Shown here: positions 1 to 9,039 of the stretch, one piece after another
Position numbering within the stretch: position 1 is the stretch's first letter
Layout of the letters: each line of letters starts with the position of its first letter
Assembly (NCBI GenBank): GCA_964534625.1
Contig: CAZHRF010000010.1
Span: 1 to 64,000 of the forward strand
Direction of reading: 5' to 3'
Source: an uncultured archaeon
GTDB lineage: Archaea; Asgardarchaeota; Heimdallarchaeia; Heimdallarchaeales; Heimdallarchaeaceae
Length of the DNA: 64,000 nt
Position numbers and translations under genes: made by a program
The notes under the pieces: model-generated
Database searches by the model: none
What the model was told of the DNA's origin: nothing
The model's input: only the letters and a program-made list of their open reading frames with translations

Positions 1-218
1 AAAAACATGTTGGGTGCATCTAAGACCTGTCTAAAAAACAGTTTCGTACGGTACCGCGATACTCCTTGCCTGTTATGTGTGCTTGCGTCTTGGCGTTTTT
101 CCTCCTTGTTTACCCCGACACGACACCTTGGTGGTGTTTGTCCAGTCAGAATCCTCCCTCACGCTCTATTTCTTTAGAACGCGATTACGTTTGCTCATTC
201 AACAAGGAGGTGGGAACT
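1..218 (+). mobile_element. Probable 3' end of an IS200/IS605- or IS607-type (tnpB) element with structured omega/reRNA-like region, truncated by window start
   Basis: Clearly GC-richer than flanks. Frame +1 is open 1-177 and begins K-N-M-L, like the TnpB C-terminal NAAxNIL motif. CCTCCTTGTT (101-110) is the exact reverse complement of AACAAGGAGG (201-210). Hairpin at 117-142. AGAATCC followed by a hairpin region resembles tnpB right ends. Confidence 0.4.
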
Positions 219-296
219 AAGCATTAATTCGGAAGTACTAATAAAATACAAAGTTTTAAATATAGAATAACTAGAAGATTCGTAGTGTACTGAATA

Positions 297-1166
297 ATGA
301 AAAATGACAGTAAAAACAAATCTCTTACATCTGAAGAAGATTTGGTAAGATCTAACCTATATACCTTTTTTCTAAGTTCATGCAATGGGATTTCAATATA
401 CATCCCTTTTTATGCTATTTTATCAAGTTCTACATCAACAGTATGGAATGATTATATCGCGTCTTGGAAAGGTTTACTTACTATTGCACCTACTTTCATT
501 GTATTATATGGAATAATTCAGCTCATTTTTCTTAAAAACAATCTAAAACGTTTACACACCATAGACCAATTTAATTTAGTGCTACTTTTCTTTCAGCTTT
601 TCAATGGTACAATAATAAAGGTACTCATGATCCATTTAGAAGAAAATAGTGCCTATGACTTTTCACGTGGAACTGTTATAATAATTGCAATTATATTTTA
701 TATTGTAACAATCAACATGACAGCAACATTCATCTACCTTGGAAAGCTAAAAATGGAAGAAAATAAAATAAGAAAACACTTTTTGTCTTTCTTCATGTTG
801 TTAATCAACATCACCTTTATTTTGCTTACAATGCTCTTGGAATATACTTTTGCTTTTTATACCTTAAAAGATAAACCAATTACATTATTTAATGTAGAAA
901 TAATGTACATTGTTGTACCAATAATTATTCTATTAACAAGTACACTTTACTTGGCAGCACACAAATTTGACATGATGGAAAAAACAACTCATTTTAGTAT
1001 TTTCTTTAATTTCTCAAATAGTTTTGTTTTAGGCGCTTTCATGTCGATATTTGAGATAATTTCATACGCTGTCCTTATTCTGGTAACCTTGGCGTTTTCA
1101 ATAGTATTTAGTTTATTACTACTAAAAATAGATCAATTTCATTCTTTTGTTAAAATGGAAAAATAG
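297..1166 (+). CDS. Hypothetical polytopic membrane protein (about 7-8 TM)
   Basis: 289-aa ORF with multiple long hydrophobic segments; no recognised motif. Confidence 0.7.
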   Translation: MKNDSKNKSLTSEEDLVRSNLYTFFLSSCNGISIYIPFYAILSSSTSTVWNDYIASWKGLLTIAPTFIVLYGIIQLIFLKNNLKRLHTIDQFNLVLLFFQLFNGTIIKVLMIHLEENSAYDFSRGTVIIIAIIFYIVTINMTATFIYLGKLKMEENKIRKHFLSFFMLLINITFILLTMLLEYTFAFYTLKDKPITLFNVEIMYIVVPIIILLTSTLYLAAHKFDMMEKTTHFSIFFNFSNSFVLGAFMSIFEIISYAVLILVTLAFSIVFSLLLLKIDQFHSFVKMEK

Positions 1167-1365
1167 AATATATTTCAATAAACCTGTGAGGATAGCATTA
1201 GTATCAAATTTAGTACCTAGTAAGCCAGCAATTCATATAATCAAAGATATAAATACATCCTTGTGACAAGTTAAATCCCATAATAAGCGTTTTTACTCAG
1301 AGAATGATAAAAAGTAATGAAAGTAACAAAAGAAAAAAAATAATAAAAGTATTTTAAGAGCATTT

Positions 1366-1758
1366 TTACTCTACGTTTACTTCTTTTTTGTTTTTCCAGA
1401 GACCATGAATATTGCAATACGATGTAGCAATAATTTTACCGTTTTTCTCTGTTTTCAGATGAAAAACAGCATATGGTTCTGTATAAACGGTACTTGTATT
1501 AGGTCCTTTTATTGAAGCCCCATGTGAGGTAAATTCAGCCTTACCTATTTCATAAGGATATTTTTCTCCTTCTGGCCAAAACATCACTTTAATCCAGTTT
1601 ATATGGTGTTCAGTGGTGTTTGGATGCCCTATTTCTTTTCCTACACTAACAGTAACAGGTGTTTTTTCACCTTTCTTGATAGTATCAGGAACTTCAATCA
1701 CAGGAACATGTTTTTCATTTTTCCAATCAGCAGTTTGATACATTTCCATAGTTATCAA
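1366..1758 (-). CDS. sor: Superoxide reductase (neelaredoxin/1Fe-SOR, class II SORL domain)
   Basis: EKHVP, HPNTTEHHINW and CNIHGLW iron-ligand motifs. Confidence 0.92.
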   Translation of the reverse strand: MITMEMYQTADWKNEKHVPVIEVPDTIKKGEKTPVTVSVGKEIGHPNTTEHHINWIKVMFWPEGEKYPYEIGKAEFTSHGASIKGPNTSTVYTEPYAVFHLKTEKNGKIIATSYCNIHGLWKNKKEVNVE

Positions 1759-1893
1759 CCACTTAAATAGAACACAAATAATTTAAAAGATTATTCTTTT
1801 GTCAAAAAGTTTCAGAACAATATACAATTAAAAAAAAGAGATAAGCAAAAAAAAGAGTAAATTAATAGAAATGTGAGGTTGAAAAAAATTCTT

Positions 1894-2451
1894 TCAAAAC
1901 CAGTAAATAACTGACTGAAATAAGACAGTAAGATCAGAGCAGTAAAGATTTAGGGTAATAAAAGTAACAATCCCCCCAGTTAATAAACCACAAATAACAT
2001 CAAAAAAGTAGTGGACACCAACAGCTATTCTACCAAAGGCGACAATAAGTGCCCAAATAACAAAAACCCAACCGACTTGTGGAACCATAAAAAGCATACT
2101 TACAGCTAAACAGCCCATCCTACCAGAGTGCCCACTAGGAAAACTCCAAAAGTCACCTTTACCAACATACTCAGCAGGAACAATAGAAACAGGGCGAGAA
2201 CGGCGGATAAGATATTTTAGGGAGGTAGTAAAAAAAGCAGTAATCATTGTTACAAAAAAATGAATAAGGATATCAGTTCGTGTAAGGAAAAAATCAAAAA
2301 GAAAAAAAAGCAAACAGGAAAAAAACCAAGGGATTACGTCACCAGAACGAGCGCAAAAATGGCCTAAAGGAAAAAAACGTGAAGCAAACGAAAAAATTCT
2401 TTTAGTTATAGTAGTATCAAAATCCTTCATATACTGCCCAAAAGAGGTCAT
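1894..2451 (-). CDS. PAP2-family membrane lipid phosphatase
   Basis: KxxxxxxRP, SFPSGH and RxxxxxHxxxD motifs. Start moved from 2541 to the ATG at 2451 because the upstream part is low-complexity T-rich. Confidence 0.88.
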   Translation of the reverse strand: MTSFGQYMKDFDTTITKRIFSFASRFFPLGHFCARSGDVIPWFFSCLLFFLFDFFLTRTDILIHFFVTMITAFFTTSLKYLIRRSRPVSIVPAEYVGKGDFWSFPSGHSGRMGCLAVSMLFMVPQVGWVFVIWALIVAFGRIAVGVHYFFDVICGLLTGGIVTFITLNLYCSDLTVLFQSVIYWF

Positions 2452-2589
2452 AAAATAAACAAATGGTGCTATTAAATAAAATTTTGCATGAAAAAGAAAG
2501 AAATTATTGTGATAGATAGCAAAAGAAAAACTTAAGAACAAAAGGAAAAATGAAAGGATAGACGTTAAGACAGTAACTTAACAATATAT

Positions 2590-2712
2590 CGGAGCTTAGC
2601 TCAGCGGCTAGAGCGGGCGGCTGTAGATGAAAATCGCGCTTGTGATGAAAAGATGAACAAGGCGTCAGCCGAAACCGTCAGGCCCCGTGTTCAAATCACG
2701 GAGCTCCGACCA
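2590..2712 (+). tRNA. tRNA-Tyr(GTA) with 47-nt intron at canonical 37/38 (2627-2673), encoded CCA
   Basis: Acceptor CGGAGCT/AGCTCCG (C1-G72) + A + CCA; D arm GCTC/GAGC; anticodon stem GGCGG/CCGTC with GTA at 2623-2625; T arm CCGTG-TTCAAAT-CACGG. Confidence 0.95.
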
Positions 2713-2855
2713 GCCTTTTACTTATGCTTTTCTATGCTTCATACTCAACAATTATTAACACTTAAATACATACATTAAAAATATCGTTTATATTTCTACA
2801 TAGACGTTTATAAAACCCCATATCACTTCGCTCACTATCTTTGTAGGTGTAGATC

Positions 2856-4298
2856 TTGAAACAATCTAAAGTAGTAATCCAACGTATTGCCTCACTTGAT
2901 TTTTTACGTGGATTTGCCATTCTTTTTATGTCTTTTTTTCACGTCTTCCATCATCTATATGATTATTCTTGGTTAATTGATGATCCTACTATTTTTCTTA
3001 CTTTTCCTTTTTTCATTCAATTCTCAGTTGGTGTTATCGCTTATTTGGGCTCTTGGAATACCTTCTTTCTTTTTATAAGTTCAATTGTAAATACTTTAAG
3101 TATGACAAAGCGTTTGGATAGCACGGAACAGAAGCATTATGTTCTTTACAAACAGCTTATCACGGGTACCCTGATTATTCTTTCTGGTTACTTTGTTGAA
3201 TGTTTCCTATACCATGGCTATATTGGTCATGGTTTACGTTTTGGTACGTGGTCACAACCTTTCTTTTTATGGTACAATCTTTTTGTTATGAAGACTTTAC
3301 AGATAATTGGTTGGTCACTTTGTATAACCAGTTTCACGCATTATATTCTTTTACGTAAAGAAGGTAGACACAGATATTATAGGAATATAGTTGTCTATAT
3401 ACTTCTTACTCTTGCAGTTCTAGTTAGTTCTTTCTTTATTCACCGCTATGTTGATTCTTTAGATTGGTATATACCAACTTATGATGAGCTCCAATCTTTG
3501 GGGATTACTAATTGGGATGTCCAACGATCTTGGCCAGATACATATGTACAGGCATTTAATCCTACCTTTAAAACTTGGTTCTATGTTACTTTGGCAGGCC
3601 ATGTTGAACCTATTTTTCCTTGTATGTCTACAGCATTTATTGGATCCATGATAGGATATACACTTGCTTATCCTAGAAAAGCCAAAAATCTCCCTCAAGC
3701 AGGGATTACTTGCGGTTTAATCTTTATTATAAGCGGTATATGCTTAATTTTAGCTGGTTTTTCCTTTAGTATTTTTGGTGAGAGACCAGCTGTTCCCACT
3801 TACTTAATTCAGCTTGGAGGTCAATTAATTTTAGTAATGATTATGTTTGCTCAGATTGATTTCAAGAATAGAGGGAAACAATTTGCTGAAATACCATTTG
3901 TAAGATTTTGTAGACGCTGGAGTATGGTTTCTTTGACTGTTTTTTCTCTTCAAATCATGGAGATAATACCTCGGTGGTTTATCTCTATTCTTTTTCGTCC
4001 ATTTTACCAAATTAATTTACTCGATGATCAAGTTTTATCAGGATGGGGGCTCCTTGGTGTTTTAGGTATTGCAATTCTTGTTGTTTTCTTTTATGATTTC
4101 ATTCTTAAACTCTGGGCAAAAATTGGTTACATTGGTACTCTTGAATGGTTGATTATTTTTCTTCAAAAAAAGGGAAGTAAACAAACATCACATAGGCTGG
4201 ATTTTACTATAATGTTAGACCAAGTTGAGTGGGTTCGTTATGGTGAACTCATTGAAAAAGATCTTGAATCTCGTACATCATCATCATCTTTAGGTTGA
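2856..4298 (+). CDS. HGSNAT/DUF1624-like multi-pass membrane acyltransferase
   Basis: N-terminal RIASLDFLRGFAILFM..H motif, SLTVF and GTLEW near C-terminus, many TM segments. Confidence 0.75.
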   Translation: MKQSKVVIQRIASLDFLRGFAILFMSFFHVFHHLYDYSWLIDDPTIFLTFPFFIQFSVGVIAYLGSWNTFFLFISSIVNTLSMTKRLDSTEQKHYVLYKQLITGTLIILSGYFVECFLYHGYIGHGLRFGTWSQPFFLWYNLFVMKTLQIIGWSLCITSFTHYILLRKEGRHRYYRNIVVYILLTLAVLVSSFFIHRYVDSLDWYIPTYDELQSLGITNWDVQRSWPDTYVQAFNPTFKTWFYVTLAGHVEPIFPCMSTAFIGSMIGYTLAYPRKAKNLPQAGITCGLIFIISGICLILAGFSFSIFGERPAVPTYLIQLGGQLILVMIMFAQIDFKNRGKQFAEIPFVRFCRRWSMVSLTVFSLQIMEIIPRWFISILFRPFYQINLLDDQVLSGWGLLGVLGIAILVVFFYDFILKLWAKIGYIGTLEWLIIFLQKKGSKQTSHRLDFTIMLDQVEWVRYGELIEKDLESRTSSSSLG

Positions 4299-5197
4299 AT
4301 CATTTCTTGTCGCTCTCTCTCTCCTATTTGATATTTTACCACTTTTTTTACTTTATACACAACTCTCTGTTTTTCATAATCAAATTCAATAGTTAGTTTA
4401 AGATCCAGATCTTCTACTCGTTTATCCCATTGATATTGCCTTAACTCTAGATATTCTTCCTCGGTTAATTTTGGAGGGGTCATTTTTTCTAATACTTTCA
4501 ACTCATTATGTTCGTCAAATATCACCCTATATTGTTCCCCCTCTTTCAGTATAACTCCTTTCCAATCAAAAATGTTCATCCCTAGTATGGCTATGTATGC
4601 TACAATTTTGAATGGTCCTTCTAAGAAACCAAATAAATTATCTAACTCTGCCTTGAATTCTTCTTTATCATTGAAAAACTCAATAGCTGATTTTTTTCCT
4701 TTTTCTTCTTTCAGTTTCAGATATATTTTATTTGTCACTTTCATGTATTCTCGAGTTCTCATGTACTTTATCCATGAATCTTTCATTTTGGGAATGGGCG
4801 TTTTTTCTCTTTTTGGTTCTGCATAAATAGATATAGTATTGGTATTTACGTCTTCAATCTTAAATTTAAATGATTCATCTTTTGACCTTGTCAACTGCCA
4901 AGTAATTTCTTCTGCTTGATTTGGTGCCAATAGTGTTGTTGATTGTACTAATATTCTATCATCTTGTAACTTTTTAATAAATCTAGGATAAATCCTAAAT
5001 TGCCCAAGACTATAATCATAGTTGGTGATAATCAGACTCAAGAACGCTTGAATCATTCCCGTCATACTCGGATCAGGCGCTTCTAAGATAGTTTCTATCC
5101 TCCATTGTTGATCTTTGTTAACTATTTCTTCTATCTCTTGAATTAATGAATTTACCAAGGCAATCTCATCTGTAGTCAGATTAGCTATTTCAACCAT
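4238..5197 (-). CDS. Hypothetical soluble protein
   Basis: 319-aa ORF with normal composition; no recognised motif. Confidence 0.75.
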   Translation of the reverse strand: MVEIANLTTDEIALVNSLIQEIEEIVNKDQQWRIETILEAPDPSMTGMIQAFLSLIITNYDYSLGQFRIYPRFIKKLQDDRILVQSTTLLAPNQAEEITWQLTRSKDESFKFKIEDVNTNTISIYAEPKREKTPIPKMKDSWIKYMRTREYMKVTNKIYLKLKEEKGKKSAIEFFNDKEEFKAELDNLFGFLEGPFKIVAYIAILGMNIFDWKGVILKEGEQYRVIFDEHNELKVLEKMTPPKLTEEEYLELRQYQWDKRVEDLDLKLTIEFDYEKQRVVYKVKKVVKYQIGERERQEMIQPKDDDDVRDSRSFSMSSP

Positions 5198-5294
5198 ATG
5201 TGTTCACATTGAAGTTAGTATCTTGTTTATTATGTAAACAATCTAATATATAGATTTCCTATTATCAAATTTATCTGTTAGTTAACTATTGGCT

Positions 5295-6635
5295 TCACTT
5301 AATTGTAAGTGAATATGTTCGTTTAATGTCAATGTTCCCCCCAATTGACTGGTATCTATAAGCTGGATAATCGACATCTATGCCTTCTTTTGAGAACATG
5401 ATGTGGAAAAAAGATATTCCTTGTAAAAAACCCCATAGAGGATCTAACGGTATCCATCCTTGTTTTGTAAAAACTTCGCACCATGCGTGAGGTGTGAGCA
5501 CATCACCATTTCTATCCCATGTAAAGCCTCCAATTATTCTTGCTGGTATATTACACGCCCTGCATAGTGTAACAAATAGATCGCTAAACTCGCTACAATC
5601 CCCTTTCCTCGTCTGCAGAATTTCTGCCGCTGACATTCTTATCCCATTAACTTCATACTCAAAAGATTGGTTTACAAATTCAAAAATTAATTTAACCACG
5701 TTAAAAACCTCTCTCTCCCCCTCTAAAATTTTATTTTTTATTCTCTGGACTTTTTCATCTTCAATAGGCCATAGTTTAGAGCCTTTAAAATATACTTCTG
5801 TATCACCTCCTGCCATTTTTATTCTATTCATAAGATCCAAAGTTCCATATTCTGTTGTAAACATATACGGTTTCTTTCTAATATAATAATCAAATGAAAC
5901 CGTCCGTTGTTCATTGGGTGCAATTAAAGGGATAGAAAGTTTTGCCCACGCATTTTGATCTTTGTCTTTTGATAATTCTATATTCGAAGAGGAGGAAACA
6001 TCAACCTTCTGATATTTATCATTACGAGGTACTAAAAATTCAAGATTTATATTTTCAGCAGGTTGAGATGAATTATTAGATATATGGAAATTATCTCTCC
6101 ATAGAATAGTAGGGACGCTTTTATTCTTTGGCATATACTCGATTTGAATAGTTGTTCCTTTTTTAGCATGGCTTATGATTGATTTATATGAACTGATTGG
6201 AGTAATTGATACTTTCTTCTTATCTTCTCTGTAGTTCCCAATTGCAGAAACAAAATAAGGCTTTGTATGAAGAAAATGAATATCAGAGATAAATTCTTTG
6301 CCCCAATTAAGATGCTTCATATTTCCTACCTCATTAACAAAAGTTTCATCGATAAGTAAAGCTAACTCAATAGCTACAATACCATTCGGGGGGACATTTT
6401 CTCTATATGTAACATCAATTATAGATTGTTCTCCTTTCTTCCTCACTTTTGTTGGTAGTTTACCTGTTTTATCTCTAGCTGAAGCATTAATTATAGGTAA
6501 AAGATAAAAAAAACTTGCTCCAGATATAGCATATGTATTTGTATTGCGAAAAGCTTTTCTTTCTTTTATGAATAGTTCTTTATCTGTTAATACTAATGTT
6601 GTTTCTTGCAGATCGGTTCTCTTCACCTTACTCAC
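5295..6635 (-). CDS. Transglutaminase-like superfamily protein (Cys-His-Asp triad)
   Basis: GDCSEFS...GIPAR-like NIPAR...HAWCE...WIPLDP; no signal peptide. Confidence 0.9.
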   Translation of the reverse strand: MSKVKRTDLQETTLVLTDKELFIKERKAFRNTNTYAISGASFFYLLPIINASARDKTGKLPTKVRKKGEQSIIDVTYRENVPPNGIVAIELALLIDETFVNEVGNMKHLNWGKEFISDIHFLHTKPYFVSAIGNYREDKKKVSITPISSYKSIISHAKKGTTIQIEYMPKNKSVPTILWRDNFHISNNSSQPAENINLEFLVPRNDKYQKVDVSSSSNIELSKDKDQNAWAKLSIPLIAPNEQRTVSFDYYIRKKPYMFTTEYGTLDLMNRIKMAGGDTEVYFKGSKLWPIEDEKVQRIKNKILEGEREVFNVVKLIFEFVNQSFEYEVNGIRMSAAEILQTRKGDCSEFSDLFVTLCRACNIPARIIGGFTWDRNGDVLTPHAWCEVFTKQGWIPLDPLWGFLQGISFFHIMFSKEGIDVDYPAYRYQSIGGNIDIKRTYSLTIK

Positions 6636-6688
6636 ACATATATGAAGTAAAAATGCCTATTTAAGGTTTAACAAAACAACCATAGAAA

Positions 6689-7342
6689 TTATTTCTGTTT
6701 CCCTTTATTCTTTTTTACTTCTGGTATAGCGATATAACTCACAGTATACTCTTTTTCTTTTGCATAAACTATTAATTTATTATAAATGATTAATTTTAAT
6801 TGCGGATTTATTTTTCGTCTACAAACTGTTTCTAAACGTCCTATCCCATCTAATGTTAAAAAATCATGTAGTAATTCAAGTGCAACAGTAATCGTATATT
6901 TTCCTTCTTCTTTTTCAATTATATCCAAAAGGAATGTTTCTATACTTTTATTATCAATTAACTCTTCAAGTACTATGTTCCTTACAATATTTGTCTTAAT
7001 AATATCGCTTTTTTCTTTGTTTAATAATTCAATATATTCTTCCTTTTTATCCACCATAGATGTCAGTATATTAATTAATGCCAATCTAACATTCTCATTT
7101 TTTTCCTTATCGTAAATATCCATTAACTTGTTTTTAATTTCAATATTTTTATGTCCTTTAAGGCTTAAAATTGCTATAATACGTAATTTGTCATAAAATT
7201 CATTTTTTATGAGATCTAATAAAAAGTTCTCAATATGGGGAGTAATAATTTGTGCTTTTAACTCTAGGATAAGTTGTATTTTTTCCGTATCAGTCGCTTT
7301 AGTATATTTTTTCTTTATCTCTTCTAACTGCCAACTTTTCAT
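6689..7342 (-). CDS. HEAT-repeat-like protein
   Basis: Periodic amphipathic helix pairs with ExxxxVRxAxxxxL pattern (EKNENVRLALINIL). Confidence 0.7.
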   Translation of the reverse strand: MKSWQLEEIKKKYTKATDTEKIQLILELKAQIITPHIENFLLDLIKNEFYDKLRIIAILSLKGHKNIEIKNKLMDIYDKEKNENVRLALINILTSMVDKKEEYIELLNKEKSDIIKTNIVRNIVLEELIDNKSIETFLLDIIEKEEGKYTITVALELLHDFLTLDGIGRLETVCRRKINPQLKLIIYNKLIVYAKEKEYTVSYIAIPEVKKNKGKQK

Positions 7343-7404
7343 TTTTCTATTTTAACTATTTCTTTTGTGTTTATATAGTTATACTAAGTTATAATTAACG
7401 TGCA

Positions 7405-7983
7405 ATGTTCATGAGAACTCTGGTTGATATCGATATCGAAGATTTTAAAATGTCAGATTATGGTATAGTCTATTTTTCTGAAAAAGGTTTTGAAATGTTT
7501 GCTTCTAATATTACTGATCTTAAACTCCGAACCATTCTGACTTTTTATCCTTCTTTATTAGGCTCAATTCAGAATAGTAATCCTTCTGGTCTTTCGTCAA
7601 ACAAAATCGATAATGAACATTTTCTTTTTGCGTATGCTCTGACATTAAAGAATCCGATAGCTAAAGATGCTCGATTAATTAATCACACTTCAACTGTCAT
7701 CAATTTTGTTGTTACAAGAGATCAATATAAATTCCTCATGATCGCTTTTGATGAATTTGAAAAATATTTAGACAAAATGTTTAGTGAAATAGTCTATTTA
7801 GATGAGTTATACGAGATTAACTTTTCTAATATTGTTTTTAAATTCATAAAAGGAATAGAAAATAATCCATTTTTAATAGGAGAAAGAAAAGAAAAATGTA
7901 AGTCAAAACATGATTTACCCTCTTTGGCTACAGAATTCAAAAAATGGTTCAATGAGCTAGAGTTTTCAATAGAACAAAAATAA
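7405..7983 (+). CDS. Hypothetical protein, longin/uDENN-like Asgard family candidate
   Basis: FSEKG beta-hairpin start and downstream AYALTLKNPIAKDAR pattern recalled from Asgard longin/uDENN-like proteins. Confidence 0.5.
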   Translation: MFMRTLVDIDIEDFKMSDYGIVYFSEKGFEMFASNITDLKLRTILTFYPSLLGSIQNSNPSGLSSNKIDNEHFLFAYALTLKNPIAKDARLINHTSTVINFVVTRDQYKFLMIAFDEFEKYLDKMFSEIVYLDELYEINFSNIVFKFIKGIENNPFLIGERKEKCKSKHDLPSLATEFKKWFNELEFSIEQK

Positions 7984-8051
7984 TTATGTGGTCGTCTCTT
8001 CTTCTTTTATTTGAATCTTAAAAAGTTTGAAAACCACACTTTTAGTCCTTT

Positions 8052-8930
8052 TTATTTATACTTTTCATAATCGTCTTCTGAGTCTTCTATATTAAAATCC
8101 TTGAAGAATTTACTAAATGAAGTATAACTCGTGTCATCGAAATCATCATCATAATCATCATCATTGTCATCATAATCATCGTCATTGTCATCATAATCAC
8201 TGTCATAATCGGCTGTAAAGTCAAGTTCTGTATCCATTTGACTACCAAGAAATGAATTATCGAATAGTTTTAATCTTTTTGATTTCAAATCAAGTTCAAG
8301 ATGCGTTTCTAATTCCTTTAAACAAATTTGAGCCGCATCTATATCTTCATCATATGAGTTACAATAAGATAACACAGACAATACGGGTATGTTATATGCA
8401 TATCCCTCAGTTAAAAAGAAACTTATTGGCCCACGAATTGTTAAATTGTCTTTAAATGTTCGTTTAATTAAATATTTTTTTGTGTATGCTTTTGTAGGAG
8501 CATAAACTACCCATGATGAATCTTCAGCAGATCTTACTTCCTCTCGTAATCCTCCCAGAATTATATATCTATTGGCATTCCAAGATAAAATTTCTTTACA
8601 AAGCATCTTCCAAAAAACATCAGGTAAAGCATTATATCCTACTACGGGAATAGGTATCCTTGATGCTACTAAAATAAATTTCTCATCGTCTTTTTTATTA
8701 TTTAAAGTAGTTTCATAGATAGTTATTGGAGATTCTATGTTTTTCTCATGGAACCAAGAAAGTGATCCCCAATACCCAATACTTTTGACATTGAATGCTT
8801 CTATTAGATGGTTTAAGACAAGTGTGCCAACAGAACCATAACCAGTAAACCCAATAAGAACGGTTGTGTTATCATCTACATTATTTTTGTCAAAGGTAAT
8901 TTGTTTAGATAGAAATTCTAGGCTTTTCAT
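8052..8930 (-). CDS. PAC2-family proteasome assembly chaperone (PbaA/PbaB-like) with acidic tail
   Basis: IGFTGYGSVGTL, IILGG and GPISFFL PAC2 motifs; Asp-rich C-terminus ending KYK. Confidence 0.85.
   Translation of the reverse strand: MKSLEFLSKQITFDKNNVDDNTTVLIGFTGYGSVGTLVLNHLIEAFNVKSIGYWGSLSWFHEKNIESPITIYETTLNNKKDDEKFILVASRIPIPVVGYNALPDVFWKMLCKEILSWNANRYIILGGLREEVRSAEDSSWVVYAPTKAYTKKYLIKRTFKDNLTIRGPISFFLTEGYAYNIPVLSVLSYCNSYDEDIDAAQICLKELETHLELDLKSKRLKLFDNSFLGSQMDTELDFTADYDSDYDDNDDDYDDNDDDYDDDFDDTSYTSFSKFFKDFNIEDSEDDYEKYK
8146..8199. repeat. 21-bp coding tandem repeat (about 2.6 copies) encoding DYDDNDD
   Basis: TCATCATAATCATCATCATTG / TCATCATAATCATCGTCATTG / TCATCATAATCA. Confidence 0.9.
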
Positions 8931-9039
8931 CTTTTCTAATTTTTATTAGTAATCACATTCTTAAAAAATTGCTGATAGCACATATTTTATAATTAATTAA
9001 GAAATCGGTTGAACCATATGAAATATGCCTTTTTTTATT

